This document shows, one piece after another, positions 60,896 through 64,000 of a DNA stretch of 64,000 nucleotides. Numbering within the stretch: position 1 is the first letter of the stretch; every line of letters starts with the position of its first letter. A program made the position numbers and the translations under genes. The stretch is from Mobula birostris (taxonomy: Eukaryota): contig NC_092370.1 of assembly GCF_030028105.1 (NCBI RefSeq), positions 194,166,005 to 194,230,004 of the forward strand, written 5' to 3'. A model generated the notes under the pieces. That model searched no databases and was not told the DNA's origin. It was given only the letters and a program-made list of their open reading frames with translations.

Positions 60896-61974
60896 AAAAG
60901 TGGATTTTCTAATATATGCCTTACTAAGCAACACAGCACTTGATGTTAGCATCTAGATTTTGAAAGCCTCTGCCTTAGCTTATGTCCTGCAAATCTTTTA
61001 CTGAGTTATAATCAATATCACAGTTAATCTCTGATTCTATTCATAGGCTAAGAAAAAATATGTAAATTATAACTGAATATTATTTGCTAGCTAATTAAAC
61101 TACTTTTTTAAACATTTCTAATAGATCTGTATAGCTTGAATTGTTATAAAATCATATTGTGATTTTTTTTTATGACACCAGTGGTGTCTGAGTGAGTGGT
61201 GATGCATTTCAGGTAGATTGCTGGTGTAATGTTTCTCTATCAATTATAATTGCTCTTTCAATCACAATTAAGAAATTGTCAACCTGATACAAGAAGCAAG
61301 CAAGTGTATCCAGGGCAACAGGTTAACCTCTACCGGGAGTCACACAATAAGATTAAGAAAGGCATAAACAGGTCTCTTAGATCATCCGACAACCTTTCCT
61401 AAGCATCATGTAACACTTATAGAATTTACCAGCCAATATAGTTGCTTCTATAAATAAAATATAGAATCCTTTATAGCATTCCCAGACAATATGAAATATA
61501 TTAATATCAAATAACTGCGCTGAATCTGAACCTTCTCACATTTCAAATTTTACAAATTAATTGTGTCAATTGCTAAAGAGAAGGTTATGGCATAACATAT
61601 TTTAGATAAATTAATACTCAGATTTTATTATATGGAGGAAATAATATCTATCAATACATAAAAATAGGAATAGATGTTATGAATTCACATTCTGGATCAG
61701 GGTTCCCAACTTGCAGTGCACAGATCCTACAGTTAATGGTCAGGCCCCTTGGCATAGAAAAGGCTAAGAACCCCTGTTTGAGACGTAAATGAACCCAGCT
61801 GTTTCACACAACTCTATCCAGTTGAATGTTTATAAGATCCTGAAAGCTCAGTATGATTTCATAGACTTGACACACAAATTGACACACACAATTATTTTAT
61901 TAATTTACATTAGGCTGGTAATGCAATCTGAAAAAATATACCTAAGGTTCATTATAACCTGCAATAATGCCTAA

Positions 61975-62620
61975 CCACATAGATGTCACAGTCAGAATAG
62001 CTTATCAATGCCTTTAGTCCCTCAGGAGGCTAAAGAAATTTGGCATGTCACTATCAATTCTCACCAGTTTTTTCAATGAATCATAGAAAGTGTTCTGTTC
62101 AGATGCATAACAACTTGGTATGGCAACTGCTCTACATAAGACCACAAGAAACTACAGGGGGTTGTAGACACTGTTCCGCACATCACAAAAACCAGCCAGC
62201 TCTATATGGACTGCATCTGAACTTCTCACTGCCACGGTAAAGCAACCAGCATAATCAAGGATCTTACCCACTTGGACAATTTATCTTCTTCCCTCTCCCA
62301 TTAAGCAGAAGATACACAAGTCTGAAAGCACGTACCAAGAGCCTCAAGGAAGGATTCTAACCCATTGTCATCAGACTCTTGAATGGATCTCTTGTATGAT
62401 AAGATGGACATTTGGCCTCACAATCTACCTTGTTATACTCTTGCACTTTAGCGTTTACCTGCACTGCACTTTTTTGGTAACTTTTACACTTTATTCTGTC
62501 TTGCTATTATTTTATCTTATTCTAACGTAACAGACTGTGCAATGATTTGATCTGTATGAACGACATGTAAGGTAAGCTTTTCACTGTATCTTGGTACATG
62601 TGACAACAGTAAATCAATAG
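61975..62620 (+). mobile_element. Decayed Rex1/L2-group LINE 3' fragment
   Basis: IIESVLFRCITTWYGNCS..DHKKLQGVVDT; KATSIIKDLTHLG motifs. Confidence 0.75.
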
Positions 62621-63352
62621 AAATAAATCAATACCAGTACCAAGGATAAAGAGCAATTAAGGGAGAGCTTTTACTAACGGAACTATCTTGTAGTTGGAAG
62701 AGTGGAAATACTGGATTAATTTGTAACTATTCTGAATAAGGTTAAGATGACACTTTAACAAAAAAACACTGGAATAACACAGGCTGATGCAAAATGTCTA
62801 CTAGCATTCAGAAGCACTATCAAACAAAGTTAATGAAACACAAATGGAAACATCCAGTCTGAATGAATATGGAAGATGTCAAAGGCACCGAATTAGAATC
62901 CGAATCAGGGTTAATATCATTTGTTATGACAGTGACTAAGGCACCGGAGAAATTGGAAAAGTTGCGGAAATGGAAGACTTCATTCATCACGACAAACAGC
63001 CATTCTCATGGAGACACCTTCAGTAGAGTCTCACAAGCTCAAAGTACATCAAATTCTTATACCTTTAAGATCAAAGTACGACCAGTGATTCAGTACAATT
63101 TCCATAGTTACAATAACATTGTTTACTTCAGTATCTTATGTCTGACAAATGGTTCCTTTCAGGTCAGATAACTTAGCTGTAGTAGCCTGGTTTGATGTTC
63201 CAATGTTTGGCTGATGCATATGCAAATGTCTCATGGACAACATTTTGCAAACCAAATCTCTTAGTCTGTGGGCCAGCTTGTACTATACAAATAGTATTAC
63301 TTATTTGCGATGAGGCCACAGCTCAGTAACACCTTGTATTCCATCTGGGTAG

Positions 63353-64000
63353 TGTTATGTACCCTGTAACTGGGTTGCCAAACCAGCAGAAATGGATCAC
63401 TCAGTTGGAGTCTGGATTACTAGAACTAAGAAAGTTTTATTAAAGAAACAAGCGACACAGTACTCTAATCAAAAGGATAATAAATGCAACAGTTCAGCAA
63501 TGATAAACACACATGTACACAGAATTAAGATAACAGGATCAATCAAGCTCTATCGTTGTCTAGGGGTAAATGACCAGTTTCAAAGTCTCAGTTCAATTTA
63601 GTTCAGTTCAGTTCGCAGACAGTGGGGGGAAGGAGAGAGAGAGCAAAACGAATGAATATTCAAACGGCTTCCACACACAGACCTTCGCAGTCAGCTTTCA
63701 TGTGAGCCCTTTGTGATGTCATCTGAGGTCACCAACCGTGACCCCTCCGTTTCCAGATACGATTGTTTCCCTGCGGTGAACCTGGCACCCAGGCAAGGGT
63801 GGACACACACCAGGTTCCCGCCGATTGTGACTTTCCACCCTGTGCGTCTACGGCTTGTCCCGCGACCAGCCGTCCAAAAACTTCCCACCGACTTGTGGGA
63901 GACGCACCGCTTCCAGGGTCTCGTTACCTCGGGGTGTCGTGTGTGTCCTGCCTTAGCGAACCTGTCCCTTTTTATCCCCCTGCTGGGGTATCACCTGTCC
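63353..64000 (-). mobile_element. Probable LTR, continuing beyond the window
   Basis: Abrupt TGTTATGT start that interrupts a Penelope-like fragment (DEAT...HLVFHLG); AATAAA on the minus strand near 63437. Confidence 0.6.

Noticed and set aside
61698-61776. Tiny hAT-like MITE (CAGGGTTCCCAAC...AACCCCTG)
   Set aside because: TIRs are degenerate and the 8-bp flanks do not match, so it is not supported well enough to list.

Overview
Repeat-dense vertebrate genomic DNA, most likely from a cartilaginous fish (inferred from the mix of CR1, Rex1/L2-group, Penelope, V-SINE and CORE-SINE elements). No intact protein-coding gene is evident. Most ORF-track entries are transposon remnants or noise. Main contents: (1) a near full-length, decayed Ty3/Gypsy element on the minus strand (~670-9339) with PNMA-like Gag, a tRNA-Pro primer binding site and three nested LINE insertions; (2) a candidate host gene on the plus strand that I could not identify, read by hand as a chain of about 10 exons with consistent splice phases (9563 to ~40670), carrying several stop codons and frameshifts, so probably an unprocessed pseudogene; (3) many LINE, SINE, LTR and DNA-transposon relics. 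These include a chromodomain (Sushi-like) Gypsy remnant, Penelope elements with inverted termini and degenerate hammerhead-ribozyme cores, a 5'-inverted L1 with a 16-bp target-site duplication (TSD), an internally deleted Tigger carrying a ~350-bp palindrome, and solo LTRs. All coordinates were read by eye; boundaries of old repeats are approximate.
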